Below are positions 18,774-31,710 of a DNA stretch of 54,792 nucleotides, one piece after another. The stretch covers positions 1 to 54,792 of the forward strand of contig JAPLLN010000035.1 of the NCBI GenBank assembly GCA_026387475.1, in the 5' to 3' direction. A program made the position numbers and the translations under genes. Position 1 is the stretch's first letter, and each line of letters opens with the position of its first letter. The stretch comes from Candidatus Omnitrophota bacterium. Lineage in GTDB: Bacteria; Omnitrophota; Gorgyraeia; Gygaellales; Profunditerraquicolaceae. The notes under the pieces are model-generated. The model saw only the letters and a program-made list of their open reading frames with translations. It was not told the DNA's origin and made no database searches.

Positions 18774-18974
18774 TCAAGTATTTTCTTTGTTCTTGATCGT
18801 GCTCACGCGTACCTTGGCCGGCTTAGCTCCTGCCATGCCAAACAGCCCCTTTTGCTCGTCCACAAGAACCTCTATCTTTACTTTATTGCGCGGGACGCTA
18901 AGCTCTTTCAGGGCCTTTTTAATGGCTTCCTCGACTGTCTTCCCTTCTACTTCTATGCTGATCTTAGGTGTCAT
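18774..18974 (-). CDS. Jag_N-domain-only protein (truncated Jag/KhpB)
   Basis: 66-aa protein. The sequence VEGKTVEEAIKKALKELSVPRNKVKIEVLVDEQKGLFGMAGAKPAKVRV matches a Jag N-terminal domain. No KH or R3H part follows. It sits at the usual position after yidC. Confidence 0.6.
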   Translation of the reverse strand: MTPKISIEVEGKTVEEAIKKALKELSVPRNKVKIEVLVDEQKGLFGMAGAKPAKVRVSTIKNKENT

Positions 18975-20479
18975 TTGGAGTACCTGGTGCGCACCTGGTA
19001 GACCATCATCAGCGCGCTATTAATAAACCAATAAAGGACCAGGCCGGAGGGCATCTTATAGAAGATAAACCCGAACATCAGCGGCATGATTACCAGCATC
19101 ATTTTCTGCTGTTGAGCTGTCTCGCTAGTAGCCCCGGCCACAATGGACATTTTTTGCTGCACAAACATCCCGATTGCCATCAGGATCGGCAAGATATTGA
19201 CATCAAACCCGCTTATCCGGAATAGCTGGTCAGGAGCTGATAAGTCCTTAATCCACAGGAATTTAGCGCCTCGCAGTGCCACTGCGCGCATTAATACCTG
19301 ATAGAGCGCGAAGAAAATCGGCATCTGCAACAATAAAGGCAGGCATCCGCCTAACGGGTTGACTTTGTGCTCCTTATAAAGCTCCATAATTTCTTTGTTC
19401 AGCTTCTGCGGATTATCTTTGTTCACCTTGCGCAAGGCTTCGATCTTAGGTTGCAATGCCTGCATCTCTTTCATCGAGCGCATTTGCTTAAGGGTAAGCG
19501 GATAAAGGACTAAATAAATCAGCAAACTGAAAATAACAATTGTCCAACCCCAGTTCGGAACCAGTTTATGGATAAATTCAAGACTTTGCAAAAGTATTTG
19601 GGCAATAAAATCAAGCTTACCATAGTAGATTACATGGCCCCAGTTGGGATTGATGCTCTGCAATAGCCGCAAATCCTGCGGCCCCAAATAGATAGCAAAT
19701 TTATCTGCAGTAGTTTGGCCGGCAGGAATTGTCCAATCTGAACGAATTAGGCCTATAAAAGAGTTGCCATTACCTTTCTTGATAAATGCGGAGAAAGAAG
19801 CTGACTCCGGACTGATCAAACCGCAGAAGTACCTTTCGTGTAAGCTGATATATTTCACATTGGACATTTCCCAATCTTTGCGCGCATTAGGATATATCGC
19901 ATCGCCATTAATAAAAGCGGTCACGCCCTGATACGGCGCATTCTGATTTTTAGGAGCAAAGTCCAGGGTGCCAAGGTAGAGAGGGCTGCTGATTTTTAGC
20001 GGCTGTCCGGCCAAATTCTCCACCAATAGTTCTAACCCTATGGTATAATTAGACTTATCAAAGATAAACTTTTTGGTTACGCGCTCCTGGCTTCCGGCAT
20101 GGACAAAAACAATTTCATCGCCCGCATTTTTTATTAATTTATATGCCCACTCGTCGGGCCCGAAAGACAAACCGTTCCCTAAAGGAAAAGTATACTTATG
20201 TTTTTGAAAATAGATCCCTTTAATCGCGGCCTTGGATTCGATGAAGCTTATTTCAATATTATCGCGCTTGACTTTTAAGACTTCTTCGGGTAGTGCGGGG
20301 GTTGATGCGCTGGTTGGCGCGGGAATAGAAGAGGGGGTAACAGAAGCGGGCTGGGAGACCAGGGTGCCTGTAGTCATAACTGCTTTGTTAGCAACAGGTT
20401 GCGTCTTGGAAACAAAAGCTGACCAACTTAAAAGCACTAAAAGCGATAGACCGATAGCTAATACTGTGCGCTTATCCAT
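18971..20479 (-). CDS. yidC: membrane protein insertase YidC
   Basis: N-terminal TM helix, a periplasmic domain, and a conserved C-terminal core (LQPKIEALRKV...GCLPLLLQMPIFFALY). Confidence 0.9.
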   Translation of the reverse strand: MDKRTVLAIGLSLLVLLSWSAFVSKTQPVANKAVMTTGTLVSQPASVTPSSIPAPTSASTPALPEEVLKVKRDNIEISFIESKAAIKGIYFQKHKYTFPLGNGLSFGPDEWAYKLIKNAGDEIVFVHAGSQERVTKKFIFDKSNYTIGLELLVENLAGQPLKISSPLYLGTLDFAPKNQNAPYQGVTAFINGDAIYPNARKDWEMSNVKYISLHERYFCGLISPESASFSAFIKKGNGNSFIGLIRSDWTIPAGQTTADKFAIYLGPQDLRLLQSINPNWGHVIYYGKLDFIAQILLQSLEFIHKLVPNWGWTIVIFSLLIYLVLYPLTLKQMRSMKEMQALQPKIEALRKVNKDNPQKLNKEIMELYKEHKVNPLGGCLPLLLQMPIFFALYQVLMRAVALRGAKFLWIKDLSAPDQLFRISGFDVNILPILMAIGMFVQQKMSIVAGATSETAQQQKMMLVIMPLMFGFIFYKMPSGLVLYWFINSALMMVYQVRTRYSK

Positions 20480-20498
20480 GAACTATTCTCCGTATAAT

Positions 20499-20714
20499 TT
20501 AAACTAAGGGATCATACCCGGACCGACCGGAATATGGGTGGCAGCATAAAAGGCGCTTACCCGCCAGTGCGCCGCCCTTGATAACGCCGTACTTCTCCAG
20601 CGCCTGCTTGCTATATTCAGAGCAGGAGGGGGTGAAACGGCAAGAACGGGGCAAGAAAGGCCTGACTGCCTTCTGGTAAAACTCGACTAATTTAATAAAA
20701 ATTTTCGCCGGCAT
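20499..20714 (-). CDS. yidD: membrane protein insertion efficiency factor YidD
   Basis: The sequence YQKAVRPFLPRSCRFTPSCSEYSKQALEKYG...CHP is the YidD signature. Confidence 0.9.
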   Translation of the reverse strand: MPAKIFIKLVEFYQKAVRPFLPRSCRFTPSCSEYSKQALEKYGVIKGGALAGKRLLCCHPYSGRSGYDPLV

Positions 20715-20851
20715 TAAATACAGAGCGACTTACGGCCCTTTTGCCTGCGGCGTTTGAGCACCTGCCGGCCGGTGGCGCTGGACATCCTGCTGCGGAACCC
20801 GTGTTTACGTTTCCCGACGATATTTGTGGGTGTAGTGAGGTGTTTTTTCAT
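20714..20851 (-). CDS. rpmH: 50S ribosomal protein L34
   Basis: [44 protein letters not shown] moved the start to the ATG at 20849-20851, which follows AAGGAG. The stop overlaps the yidD start. Confidence 0.9.
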   Translation of the reverse strand: MKKHLTTPTNIVGKRKHGFRSRMSSATGRQVLKRRRQKGRKSLCI

Positions 20852-20893
20852 GATTAACCGCTCCTTTGAATTGTTAATTTTGCAATGTTGTAC

Positions 20894-20921
20894 AATTATA
20901 ACATAAAGCATCGTGAAGTCA
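20894..20921 (-). promoter_or_regulatory. putative sigma70 promoter of rpmH
   Basis: The minus strand reads TTGACT-16 nt-TATAAT (rc of 20916-20921 and 20894-20899). Confidence 0.45.
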
Positions 20922-20935
20922 ATAAAAAGTGTGCG

Positions 20936-21057
20936 CTGTGGGTAAGCTTCTTTTTTTATTGACGCGGGGGCAAATTATTGTATAATGGTTCGCGTTTAAC
21001 TTTTCTGCTTGCAAATGCTTTCAACTCTGTTATAATCTACTGTGTGATTTTTCCACA
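20936..21057 (+). promoter_or_regulatory. dnaA control region with two sigma70-like promoters and two near-consensus DnaA boxes
   Basis: Promoters: TTGACG(20959-20964)-16 nt-TATAAT(20981-20986) and TTGCAA(21009-21014)-16 nt-TATAAT(21031-21036). DnaA-box-like 9-mers, each one mismatch from TTATCCACA: TTACCCACA (rc of 20936-20944) and TTTTCCACA (21049-21057). Confidence 0.45.
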
Positions 21058-21091
21058 GATTTATTCAAGGTGTTAATAAGTTGTTAATTCG

Positions 21092-22432
21092 GTGCTTATG
21101 ACAGACATCCTGCAGGCCTGGGGAGCTTCCCAGGGCCTTCTTAAAAACAAGCTGGGCGATACGGTTTTCGACACCTGGATAAAACCCCTGAACCCGCGAT
21201 CGGGAAAAGAGGGGGAGCTTATCCTCGAGGCGCCGGATAATTTTTTCCGCGACTGGATCGAAAAAAACTTCCGCGCAGCGATCGTCGAGGCTTTAAAAGG
21301 TTCTTTCCCGGGCGAAGTAACCCTCCGACTGGAAATTGGCGAAGTTGCTCCGGGGGCGCTTGCAGAAAATACGCAAGGCCCGAAGACAAAACTCCGGGAA
21401 CCGGCTGCCGCAATCGGGCTAAACCCGCGTTATACATTTGATAATTTTATTGTCGGCCCGTCCAACCGTCACGCCCACGCCTACGCGCTTGCTGTCGCCG
21501 ATTCTCCGGCTAAGGCGTATAATCCTTTATTTATTTACGGCGGAGTGGGTTTAGGCAAGACACACCTGATCCAGTCTATCTGCCACCACATACGCGCAAA
21601 GACGAACGGGGATCTGAAACTGGCGTATCTGCCATCCGAGACTTTTACCAACGAGTTGATCAACGCCATACAGCACCACTCTACCAGCGCCTTCCGGCAA
21701 AAATACCGCAACATAGACCTGCTAGTCATAGATGATGTGCACTTTTTCGCCGGCAGAGAGTCTACGCAGGAAGAGTTTTTTAATACCTTTAACGCCCTGT
21801 ATGACGCGCACAAACAGATCATACTTTCCTCTGACCGGCCGCCGAAAGAAATCGCCAACTTGCAGGAAAGGCTGGTCTCGCGTTTTGGCTGGGGGCTGAC
21901 AATCGATATCCAGCCTCCGGATTTCGAGACCCGGGTCGCTATTTTGAAAAAGAAGATCGAGCGCGAGCCGGTAGCTGTGCCCGACGACGTCATCTCTTTT
22001 ATCGCCCAGCTTATTAAAACCAACATAAGGGAGCTGGAAGGGGCGCTGATCCGCACCATCGCTTACTCCTTATTAGAAGAGGAGCCGATAACCTTAAGCC
22101 TGGCCAAAGAAGTTTTAAAAGATTTATTGAAAGAACCTAGAAAAACCATTACTATAGACTTTATCCAACGTTGCGTTGCGGAAGAATTCGGGGTATCATT
22201 ACAAGATTTAAAAACCAAGCGCAGGAATAAAAACATTGTTCTCCCGCGACAGGTAGCCATGTATTTAAGTAGAGAATTGACCGAGATGTCTTTACCGGAA
22301 ATAGGTGAGTTTTTTGGAGGTAAAGACCACACAACGGTTTTACATTCTTATAATAAAATAAAAAATGATTTAAAGACCAATTTGTCATTACAAGAAAAGG
22401 TAGAGCGGGTTACACAGGTTATTAAACAATAA
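21092..22432 (+). CDS. dnaA: chromosomal replication initiator protein DnaA
   Basis: AAA+ motifs ([19 protein letters not shown]) and a C-terminal DNA-binding domain ([32 protein letters not shown]). The start could be the GTG at 21092 or the ATG at 21098. Confidence 0.95.
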   Translation: MLMTDILQAWGASQGLLKNKLGDTVFDTWIKPLNPRSGKEGELILEAPDNFFRDWIEKNFRAAIVEALKGSFPGEVTLRLEIGEVAPGALAENTQGPKTKLREPAAAIGLNPRYTFDNFIVGPSNRHAHAYALAVADSPAKAYNPLFIYGGVGLGKTHLIQSICHHIRAKTNGDLKLAYLPSETFTNELINAIQHHSTSAFRQKYRNIDLLVIDDVHFFAGRESTQEEFFNTFNALYDAHKQIILSSDRPPKEIANLQERLVSRFGWGLTIDIQPPDFETRVAILKKKIEREPVAVPDDVISFIAQLIKTNIRELEGALIRTIAYSLLEEEPITLSLAKEVLKDLLKEPRKTITIDFIQRCVAEEFGVSLQDLKTKRRNKNIVLPRQVAMYLSRELTEMSLPEIGEFFGGKDHTTVLHSYNKIKNDLKTNLSLQEKVERVTQVIKQ

Positions 22433-22574
22433 TACACAGGTTGTGATAGGGTTTACGGTTTAGTTAAGTTTAGTGATACTTAAGGGTTGTGGTAGTTATA
22501 AACAATAATTAAAGTCATTACTGCTATTACGGTTTTAATATCTTATTAAATTATAATAATAGAAGGAGAGTTAA
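22433..22574. other. AT-rich dnaA-dnaN spacer, candidate DNA-unwinding part of oriC
   Basis: 142-bp spacer with a very AT-rich stretch at ~22530-22560 (ttaatatcttattaaattataataat). Only weak DnaA-box-like words are present (TAATACACA). Confidence 0.3.
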
Positions 22575-23666
22575 ATGAAACTAAAAGTAGAGAAGGATGT
22601 TTTGATGAGCGGGATACAGACAGTGCAAAACGTGATTAGCGCAAAGTCAGCGCTGCCAATACTATCGAATATTTTATTGGAGGCCACGCAAGGGAGTTTA
22701 AGGCTTACGGCTACGGATTTGGACGTGGGGATAAGTTGTGTAATACCTGTTGATGCCCAGGAAGTGGGCGCCATTACCGTGCCGGCGAAAAGATTTAGCG
22801 ATATTATTAAGGAATTACCGGTAAACGAGGTTAGCGTGGTTACTAAAAAGAATAACCAGGTTAATATTAACGCCCAAAACTGCGAATTTAAGATCATGGG
22901 CCTGAGCAAAGAAGAGTTCCCGAAACTGCCGGAGTTTAAAGATAAAGAGGTGATCAAAATAGAGCAGGCCGGCTTAAAACAAATGCTTAGCCTCACATCT
23001 TTCGCGGTCTCTTTTGACGAGACGCGGTATATTTTAAACGGCATATTACTAAAGATAGCCAAAAATAATATGACGCTGGTCGCAACCGACGGAAAACGCC
23101 TGGCGATCATTGAAAAGAAGTTGTCGCAGCCGGCGGATAAAGAGATATCGATAATCGTCCCCATTAAAACAGTGCACGAGCTAAACCGCAATTTGCGCGA
23201 CGACGGAGACATATCTTTGATCTTAGGGAATAATCAGGTGTTGTTCGATCTGGGTAAGGTGGTAATAATTTCCCGCTTGATCGAAGGGGAGTTCCCGGAT
23301 TACCGGCAGGTCATCCCCGCGGCGTCTAATAATAAGATTAAGGCTGACCGGGCGCAGTTTTTGCTGGCGGTAAGGCGCGCCTCGCTATTGTCGACCCCGG
23401 ATTATCAGGCGGTTAAGTTGGAGATATTTAAAAATAAAATGGTCCTCTCTAAGTCTACGCCGGATGTGGGTGAGTCGCGCGAAGAACTGGCGGTAGAATA
23501 TCAGGGCAAAGAAATGGTCATCGGTTTTAACCCTAACTATCTTATCGATGTATTGAAGAATTTGAACGAAGAGACAGTGGAGTTGGAGCTGACTGACGGG
23601 GAGAAGCCCGGGGTCGTGCGCTCTAACGGCTATGTTTATATAGTGCTGCCGATGCGCTTAAGTTAA
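22575..23666 (+). CDS. dnaN: DNA polymerase III beta sliding clamp
   Basis: The 363-aa protein resembles a beta clamp throughout and lies after dnaA. Confidence 0.95.
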   Translation: MKLKVEKDVLMSGIQTVQNVISAKSALPILSNILLEATQGSLRLTATDLDVGISCVIPVDAQEVGAITVPAKRFSDIIKELPVNEVSVVTKKNNQVNINAQNCEFKIMGLSKEEFPKLPEFKDKEVIKIEQAGLKQMLSLTSFAVSFDETRYILNGILLKIAKNNMTLVATDGKRLAIIEKKLSQPADKEISIIVPIKTVHELNRNLRDDGDISLILGNNQVLFDLGKVVIISRLIEGEFPDYRQVIPAASNNKIKADRAQFLLAVRRASLLSTPDYQAVKLEIFKNKMVLSKSTPDVGESREELAVEYQGKEMVIGFNPNYLIDVLKNLNEETVELELTDGEKPGVVRSNGYVYIVLPMRLS

Positions 23667-23672
23667 TAAATA

Positions 23673-26422
<2,750 letters not shown>

Positions 26423-26423
26423 T

Positions 26424-28859
26424 ATGTATACGCGAAACGAAAAGATAATCCCGGTTTACATCGAAGAAGAAGTAAAAGACTCCTATCTTAATTACGCCAT
26501 GAGCGTAATCGTGGGCCGCGCCCTGCCCGATGTGCGCGACGGATTAAAGCCGGTGCATCGCAGGATATTGTTTGCGATGCAGGAGTTGAATCTCGAACAC
26601 TCTAAGGCATACAAAAAATGCGCGCGTATCGTCGGCGAGGTCCTGGGTAAATACCATCCGCACGGAGACGTGGCGGTCTATGATACTTTAGTAAGAATGG
26701 CGCAGGATTTTTCTCTGCGTTATCCGTTAGTTGACGGCCAGGGCAACTTCGGCTCGGTCGACGGAGACGCGGCCGCGGCCATGCGCTACACCGAGGCAAG
26801 GCTATCCGCTATCTCCGACGATATGCTCGGAGATATCGATAAAGAAACGGTTAATTTCGGGCCGAACTTCGATGCTTCCCTAAAAGAACCGTTATTATTA
26901 CCGGCGGCACTCCCTAATCTTTTAGTCAACGGCTCAAGCGGTATCGCTGTCGGCATGGCTACGAATATCCCGCCGCACAATTTAAATGAAGTCGCGGACG
27001 CCATAATCTATTTGCTGGATAATCCCAACGCCGAAGTCAAAGACCTGATGCGTTTTATCAAGGGCCCGGATTTTCCGACGGGCGGGCTTATTTGCGGGAA
27101 GGCCGGCATAAAGGATGCCTACATGACCGGCCGCGGTAAATTGACTGTGCGCGCCCGGGCGACAGTCGAGCACCAGAAGAACGGTAAGGATTTGATTGTC
27201 ATTAACGAGATCCCCTACCAGGTCAATAAGGCCACGCTTATCGAGACTATTGCCGGGTTGGTGGATGACAAAAAGATCGAGGGTATCTCCGATATCCGCG
27301 ATGAGTCGGATAAAGACGGGATGCGCATCGTAGTGGAATTAAAGCGCGATACCGAATCGCAGATAATCTTAAACCAGCTCTTTAAACATACGCAGCTCGA
27401 AACGACATTCGGCATTATTCTTCTTGCGCTGATCGATAACCGGCCCAAGGTTTTAAACCTGCACCAGATCCTCGCCGCTTACATTGAGCACCGCAAGGTG
27501 ATCATCCGCCGCAGGACCCAGTTCGAATTGGATAAGGCCTTGAAGCGCGCGCACATTTTAGAGGGGTTGAAGATCGCGCTTAAATACATCGACCAGATCA
27601 TCAAGACCATTAAAACTTCTAAAAGTACGGAGCACGCCAAAGAAAGGCTGGTCAAGGAGTTTGAGTTATCCGAAATTCAGGCCCAGGCAATACTCGAAAT
27701 GCAGCTGCAGCGCCTTACTGCGCTGGAGCGCGATAAGATCGACGCGGAGTACGCGGAATTATTGAAAAAGATCGAGATCTGCCGGGCGATTTTAGCCTCG
27801 GATAAAAAAGTCGAAGCTATTATTAAGGAAGAGCTGGAAAATTTAAAGAAAAAATACGGGGATGAGCGCCGCACAGATATCGTAGGCGAAGCAGAAGAGA
27901 TCGAAGTAGAGGATTTGATCGCCGAAGAAGATGTGGTAGTCACGATCAGCCACGGCGGATATATGAAGCGTCTCCCGGTGAGCGCGTATCGCAAGCAGAA
28001 ACGAGGAGGAAGAGGTGCTACCGGCGCAGAGGTCAAAGAAGAAGATTTTATCGAGCACTTATTTGTCGCCTCCACCAAAGATTACCTGTTGATCTTTACC
28101 GACAAAGGCCAGGTGCATTGGCTAAAGGTCTATGAGATACCGCAGGCGAGCCGCCAGTCTAAGGGCAAGGCGATTGTCAACCTAGTGCAAATGGAGGCAG
28201 CGGCAAAAGTAAGCTCTACCATCCCGGTCAAAGAATTCACCGGGGATAAATATTTAGTTATGGCGACGCGCCAGGGAAAGATCAAGAAGACCCGGCTTGA
28301 CGCTTATGGCAACCCGCGCAAGGCCGGCATCATCGGCATCTCGCTGGATAAAGGCGACGAGCTTATCGGCGTGGAACTTACCGACGGAAAGCAGGAATTA
28401 TTGATCGGCACGCGCCAGGGGAAAGCTATACGGTTCCCCGAGAGCATGGTGCGCGACATGGGCAGGCAGGCCGGCGGAGTGCGGGGAGTAGCATTGGCTA
28501 AAAAAGATGAAGTGATCGATATGATCGTCCCGGGTAAGGGCGCGGATATTTTAACCGTTACCTCGCTGGGCTTTGCCAAGCGCACCACCGTTGATGAATA
28601 CCGCCTGACTTCGCGCGGCGGGAAAGGCGTTATTAATCTCAAGGTTACCGATAAAAACGGCGAAGCCATAAACTTAAAGGCCGTTACCGATAAAGACGAG
28701 TTGATGGTCATCACCCAGAACGGCGTGTTTTTGCGCTGCGCGGTAAAAGATATACGCGAGACCGGCCGCAGCGCCCAAGGGGTGCGATTAATCAAGCTGC
28801 AGGACAAAGACCACGTTGCCTGCATAGCCCCCGTCATCGCCGAAGAAGGCGAAGAATAA
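26424..28859 (+). CDS. gyrA: DNA gyrase subunit A
   Basis: The sequence [14 protein letters not shown], the active-site region [11 protein letters not shown] and C-terminal beta-pinwheel repeats are present. Confidence 0.95.
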   Translation: MYTRNEKIIPVYIEEEVKDSYLNYAMSVIVGRALPDVRDGLKPVHRRILFAMQELNLEHSKAYKKCARIVGEVLGKYHPHGDVAVYDTLVRMAQDFSLRYPLVDGQGNFGSVDGDAAAAMRYTEARLSAISDDMLGDIDKETVNFGPNFDASLKEPLLLPAALPNLLVNGSSGIAVGMATNIPPHNLNEVADAIIYLLDNPNAEVKDLMRFIKGPDFPTGGLICGKAGIKDAYMTGRGKLTVRARATVEHQKNGKDLIVINEIPYQVNKATLIETIAGLVDDKKIEGISDIRDESDKDGMRIVVELKRDTESQIILNQLFKHTQLETTFGIILLALIDNRPKVLNLHQILAAYIEHRKVIIRRRTQFELDKALKRAHILEGLKIALKYIDQIIKTIKTSKSTEHAKERLVKEFELSEIQAQAILEMQLQRLTALERDKIDAEYAELLKKIEICRAILASDKKVEAIIKEELENLKKKYGDERRTDIVGEAEEIEVEDLIAEEDVVVTISHGGYMKRLPVSAYRKQKRGGRGATGAEVKEEDFIEHLFVASTKDYLLIFTDKGQVHWLKVYEIPQASRQSKGKAIVNLVQMEAAAKVSSTIPVKEFTGDKYLVMATRQGKIKKTRLDAYGNPRKAGIIGISLDKGDELIGVELTDGKQELLIGTRQGKAIRFPESMVRDMGRQAGGVRGVALAKKDEVIDMIVPGKGADILTVTSLGFAKRTTVDEYRLTSRGGKGVINLKVTDKNGEAINLKAVTDKDELMVITQNGVFLRCAVKDIRETGRSAQGVRLIKLQDKDHVACIAPVIAEEGEE

Positions 28860-28866
28860 ACTTCGA

Positions 28867-28903
28867 CCCCATCCCGTAAAGCCTTCGGCCACGGGATGTG
28901 GGG
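28867..28903. repeat. nested palindromic hairpin after gyrA, same family as 13975-14009
   Basis: ccccatcccgt-aaa-gcc-ttc-ggc-c-acgggatgtgggg. No U-tract follows. Confidence 0.7.
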
Positions 28904-28927
28904 CGTGATGAGCGAAGCGAATTTTAC

Positions 28928-29002
28928 GACCCCATCGTCTAGCCTGGTCTAGGACAAGAGCTTTTCAAGCTCTCGACACCGGTTCAAATCCGGTTGGGGT
29001 CA
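28928..29002 (+). tRNA. tRNA-Glu (anticodon TTC)
   Basis: GACCCCATCGTCTAGCCTGGTCTAGGACAAGAGCTTTTCAAGCTCTCGACACCGGTTCAAATCCGGTTGGGGTCA folds as a cloverleaf. Confidence 0.9.
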
Positions 29003-29012
29003 CATTAAATCT

Positions 29013-30848
29013 ATGTGCGGAATAGTCGGTTATATAGGCGAGAAAGTCGCGCAACCCATCCTCTTAAACGGATTAAAGCGCCTGGAGTACCGCGGGTATG
29101 ATTCCAGCGGCATGGCTTTAATTCTGCCTAAGAAAAACAGCATTTCAGTAAGAAAATCCCCCGGTAAAATAAGTGCTCTAGAAAAAATCCTCAAGGCCCG
29201 TCCCATGGCGGGTTCCGTCGGTATAGCCCACACCCGTTGGGCAACACACGGCGCACCCACCCAGGAGAATGCCCATCCTCATGAAGACTGCACCGGAGAG
29301 CTCGCCGTAGTCCATAACGGAATAATCGAGAACTACGAATCCTTAAAACAAACACTGATCAAAGAAGGCCATAAATTCCGTTCGCAGACCGATACCGAAG
29401 TCATCGTCCATTTAATTGAAAAATTTTATAAGAATTGTCCGCTGGAAGACGCGGTGCGCAAAGCCCTGAAACTATTAGTCGGCTCATACGCGATCGCGGT
29501 GATCTCCTCGCGCGAACCGGCAAAGCTGGTGGGTGCCCGTTCCGGTAGCCCTTTGATCGCGGGCTTGGGGAAGAATGAAAATTTTCTGGCATCCGACGTC
29601 CCGGCAATTTTAGAATACACCAAAGAAGTGATCTTTCTGGATGAAAATGAAGTGGCAGTGTTATCCAGAGATGCCTTTCGCGTAACCGATCTAGACGGGA
29701 AGACCATCGCCAAAAAGAGCACGCGCATTAATTGGGATATTGCGCAGGCGCAGAAGCAGGGATTTAAGCATTTTATGCTTAAGGAGATCAATGAGCAGCC
29801 CGGCATAATCGAGAATCTTCTCAAGCTGCACATCCTTAAAGATAACGCTATCGTCTTTGCCGAGCAGAACATTAGTGTTGAAAAACTTAAAAGCATCAAA
29901 AATATTTCCATCGTTGCCTGCGGAACGGCATATCATGCGGGTTTGGTGGGTAAATATATTTTGGAAGCCCTCTGCGCCATCCCGATATCCGTAGATGTAT
30001 CCAGCGAGTTCCGCTATCGCGACCTTTTGATCGACCAGGACACCTTAGTCATTGCTATCAGCCAGTCCGGGGAGACCGCAGATACCCTCGCCGGAGTGCG
30101 TGAAGCGCATAAACGCGGGGCTTCGGTATTGGCGGTCTGTAATGTGCTTGGCTCGACCCTGACCCGCGAGGCCGACGGGATAATCTATACTCACGCCGGG
30201 CCGGAGATAGGCGTTGCTTCCACCAAGGCCTATACTGCCCAGCTAACCGCGCTTTATTTATTCGCGTTTTATTTTTCCGGCATTAAAAATACATTGGCTG
30301 CGGGCAAAAGGAATAAATTATTTGACGAATTAAGAAAGGTCTCGGGCCTGATGGAGAAGATCCTTAAAGACCAGGATGAGATAGCCAAGCTTAGCCGCCG
30401 GCATTCGCATTTTGGTTCATTCCTATATTTAGGAAGGAATATTAATTATCCTTCGGCGCTGGAAGGGGCATTAAAGCTAAAGGAGATTTCCTATATCCCA
30501 GCGGAGGGTTACGCTGCCGGAGAAATGAAACACGGCCCTATCGCATTGATCGATGAATACAGAGGGGTAGTTTGTATAGCGCCCGAGTCTAAGGTTTACG
30601 ATAAGATGATATCCAATATTCAGGAGATCCGCTCCCGCAAGGGCAAGATCATCGCCATTGCCACTGCCAAAGACTCCAAGATCAAGGACCTTACCGAAGA
30701 AGTGATTTACATCCCGCAAATCGAAGAATTCTTTTCCCCTCTGCTTATCGCACTTCCTCTGCAGCTCTTGGCGTACCATATCGCGGTAAAACGCGGTTGC
30801 GATGTGGACCAGCCGCGAAATTTAGCTAAATCCGTCACCGTCGAATAA
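29013..30848 (+). CDS. glmS: glutamine--fructose-6-phosphate aminotransferase
   Basis: MCGIVGY N-terminal nucleophile, two SIS domains, and a C-terminal KSVTVE. Confidence 0.95.
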   Translation: MCGIVGYIGEKVAQPILLNGLKRLEYRGYDSSGMALILPKKNSISVRKSPGKISALEKILKARPMAGSVGIAHTRWATHGAPTQENAHPHEDCTGELAVVHNGIIENYESLKQTLIKEGHKFRSQTDTEVIVHLIEKFYKNCPLEDAVRKALKLLVGSYAIAVISSREPAKLVGARSGSPLIAGLGKNENFLASDVPAILEYTKEVIFLDENEVAVLSRDAFRVTDLDGKTIAKKSTRINWDIAQAQKQGFKHFMLKEINEQPGIIENLLKLHILKDNAIVFAEQNISVEKLKSIKNISIVACGTAYHAGLVGKYILEALCAIPISVDVSSEFRYRDLLIDQDTLVIAISQSGETADTLAGVREAHKRGASVLAVCNVLGSTLTREADGIIYTHAGPEIGVASTKAYTAQLTALYLFAFYFSGIKNTLAAGKRNKLFDELRKVSGLMEKILKDQDEIAKLSRRHSHFGSFLYLGRNINYPSALEGALKLKEISYIPAEGYAAGEMKHGPIALIDEYRGVVCIAPESKVYDKMISNIQEIRSRKGKIIAIATAKDSKIKDLTEEVIYIPQIEEFFSPLLIALPLQLLAYHIAVKRGCDVDQPRNLAKSVTVE

Positions 30849-31501
30849 TGCTTTATATTGTTGCCACGCCTATCGGCAATCTAAAAGATATGACCTTTCG
30901 CGCAGTCGAGGTGTTAAATTCCGTCGATATGATCGCCTGCGAAGATACCCGCCACACCAAGATCCTGCTTAATCATTACGGCATTAAAACTCCTACCACA
31001 AGTTTTTTTCAGCATAATAGATTTACCAAAGGCGAATATTTATTAGGCCTTTTAAAAGAGGGTAAGAATATCGCGCTGGTCTCTGATGCCGGAACCCCGG
31101 GTATTTTAGACCCGGGATACAATTTGATAAATTTAGCTATTGAAAATGAAATTCCTATTACTGTGATCCCGGGCGCAAGCGCATTTATTAATGCGCTGGT
31201 TTTGTCAGGCAAGCCTGCGCATGAATTTGTCTTTGCAGGATTCCTGCCGAACCGGACTGGCGCGCGCAAGAACAAATTAAAAGAACTGGCTAAGCTTAAA
31301 AAAACTATAGTTTTTTATGAGTCCTGCCACCGGATTTTAGCTGCCCTAGAAGACATTCAGACAGTTTTTGGAGACCGGGAGATCTGTGTGGCCCGGGAAT
31401 TAACCAAGAAATTCGAAGAAATAGCCCGCGCTAAGCCCGCAGCAATTCTCGCCAAGTTCCAGAAAAACCCGCCAAAAGGCGAATTTTGCGTAATTATCTA
31501 A
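30848..31501 (+). CDS. rsmI: 16S rRNA (cytidine1402-2'-O)-methyltransferase
   Basis: MLYIVATPIGNLKDMTFRA...CEDTRHT...SDAGTPGILDPG is the RsmI signature. Confidence 0.85.
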   Translation: MLYIVATPIGNLKDMTFRAVEVLNSVDMIACEDTRHTKILLNHYGIKTPTTSFFQHNRFTKGEYLLGLLKEGKNIALVSDAGTPGILDPGYNLINLAIENEIPITVIPGASAFINALVLSGKPAHEFVFAGFLPNRTGARKNKLKELAKLKKTIVFYESCHRILAALEDIQTVFGDREICVARELTKKFEEIARAKPAAILAKFQKNPPKGEFCVII

Positions 31502-31541
31502 TGTCCAATCTGGATTTCCGCGTTTAAAATGTCCAATCTGG
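31500..31541 (+). repeat. two 14-bp direct repeats (aatgtccaatctgg) 28 bp apart, upstream of the giant ORF
   Basis: Exact copies at 31500-31513 and 31528-31541. The first overlaps the rsmI stop codon. Confidence 0.85.
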
Positions 31542-31710
31542 TTTATTAGATCTATCAGCTGCCAATAATCGTTTTAATCCCATATCTTCCTGTAACCCCT
31601 TTGTCTGTTGCAGGTTAGGATAGCAAGCGCTTTCCCAAAACCCCCTAAATACTATTGTAATGTATTACCTATATGGCATACTTACACATAGTTAGGGCTG
31701 ATAAACCAAA

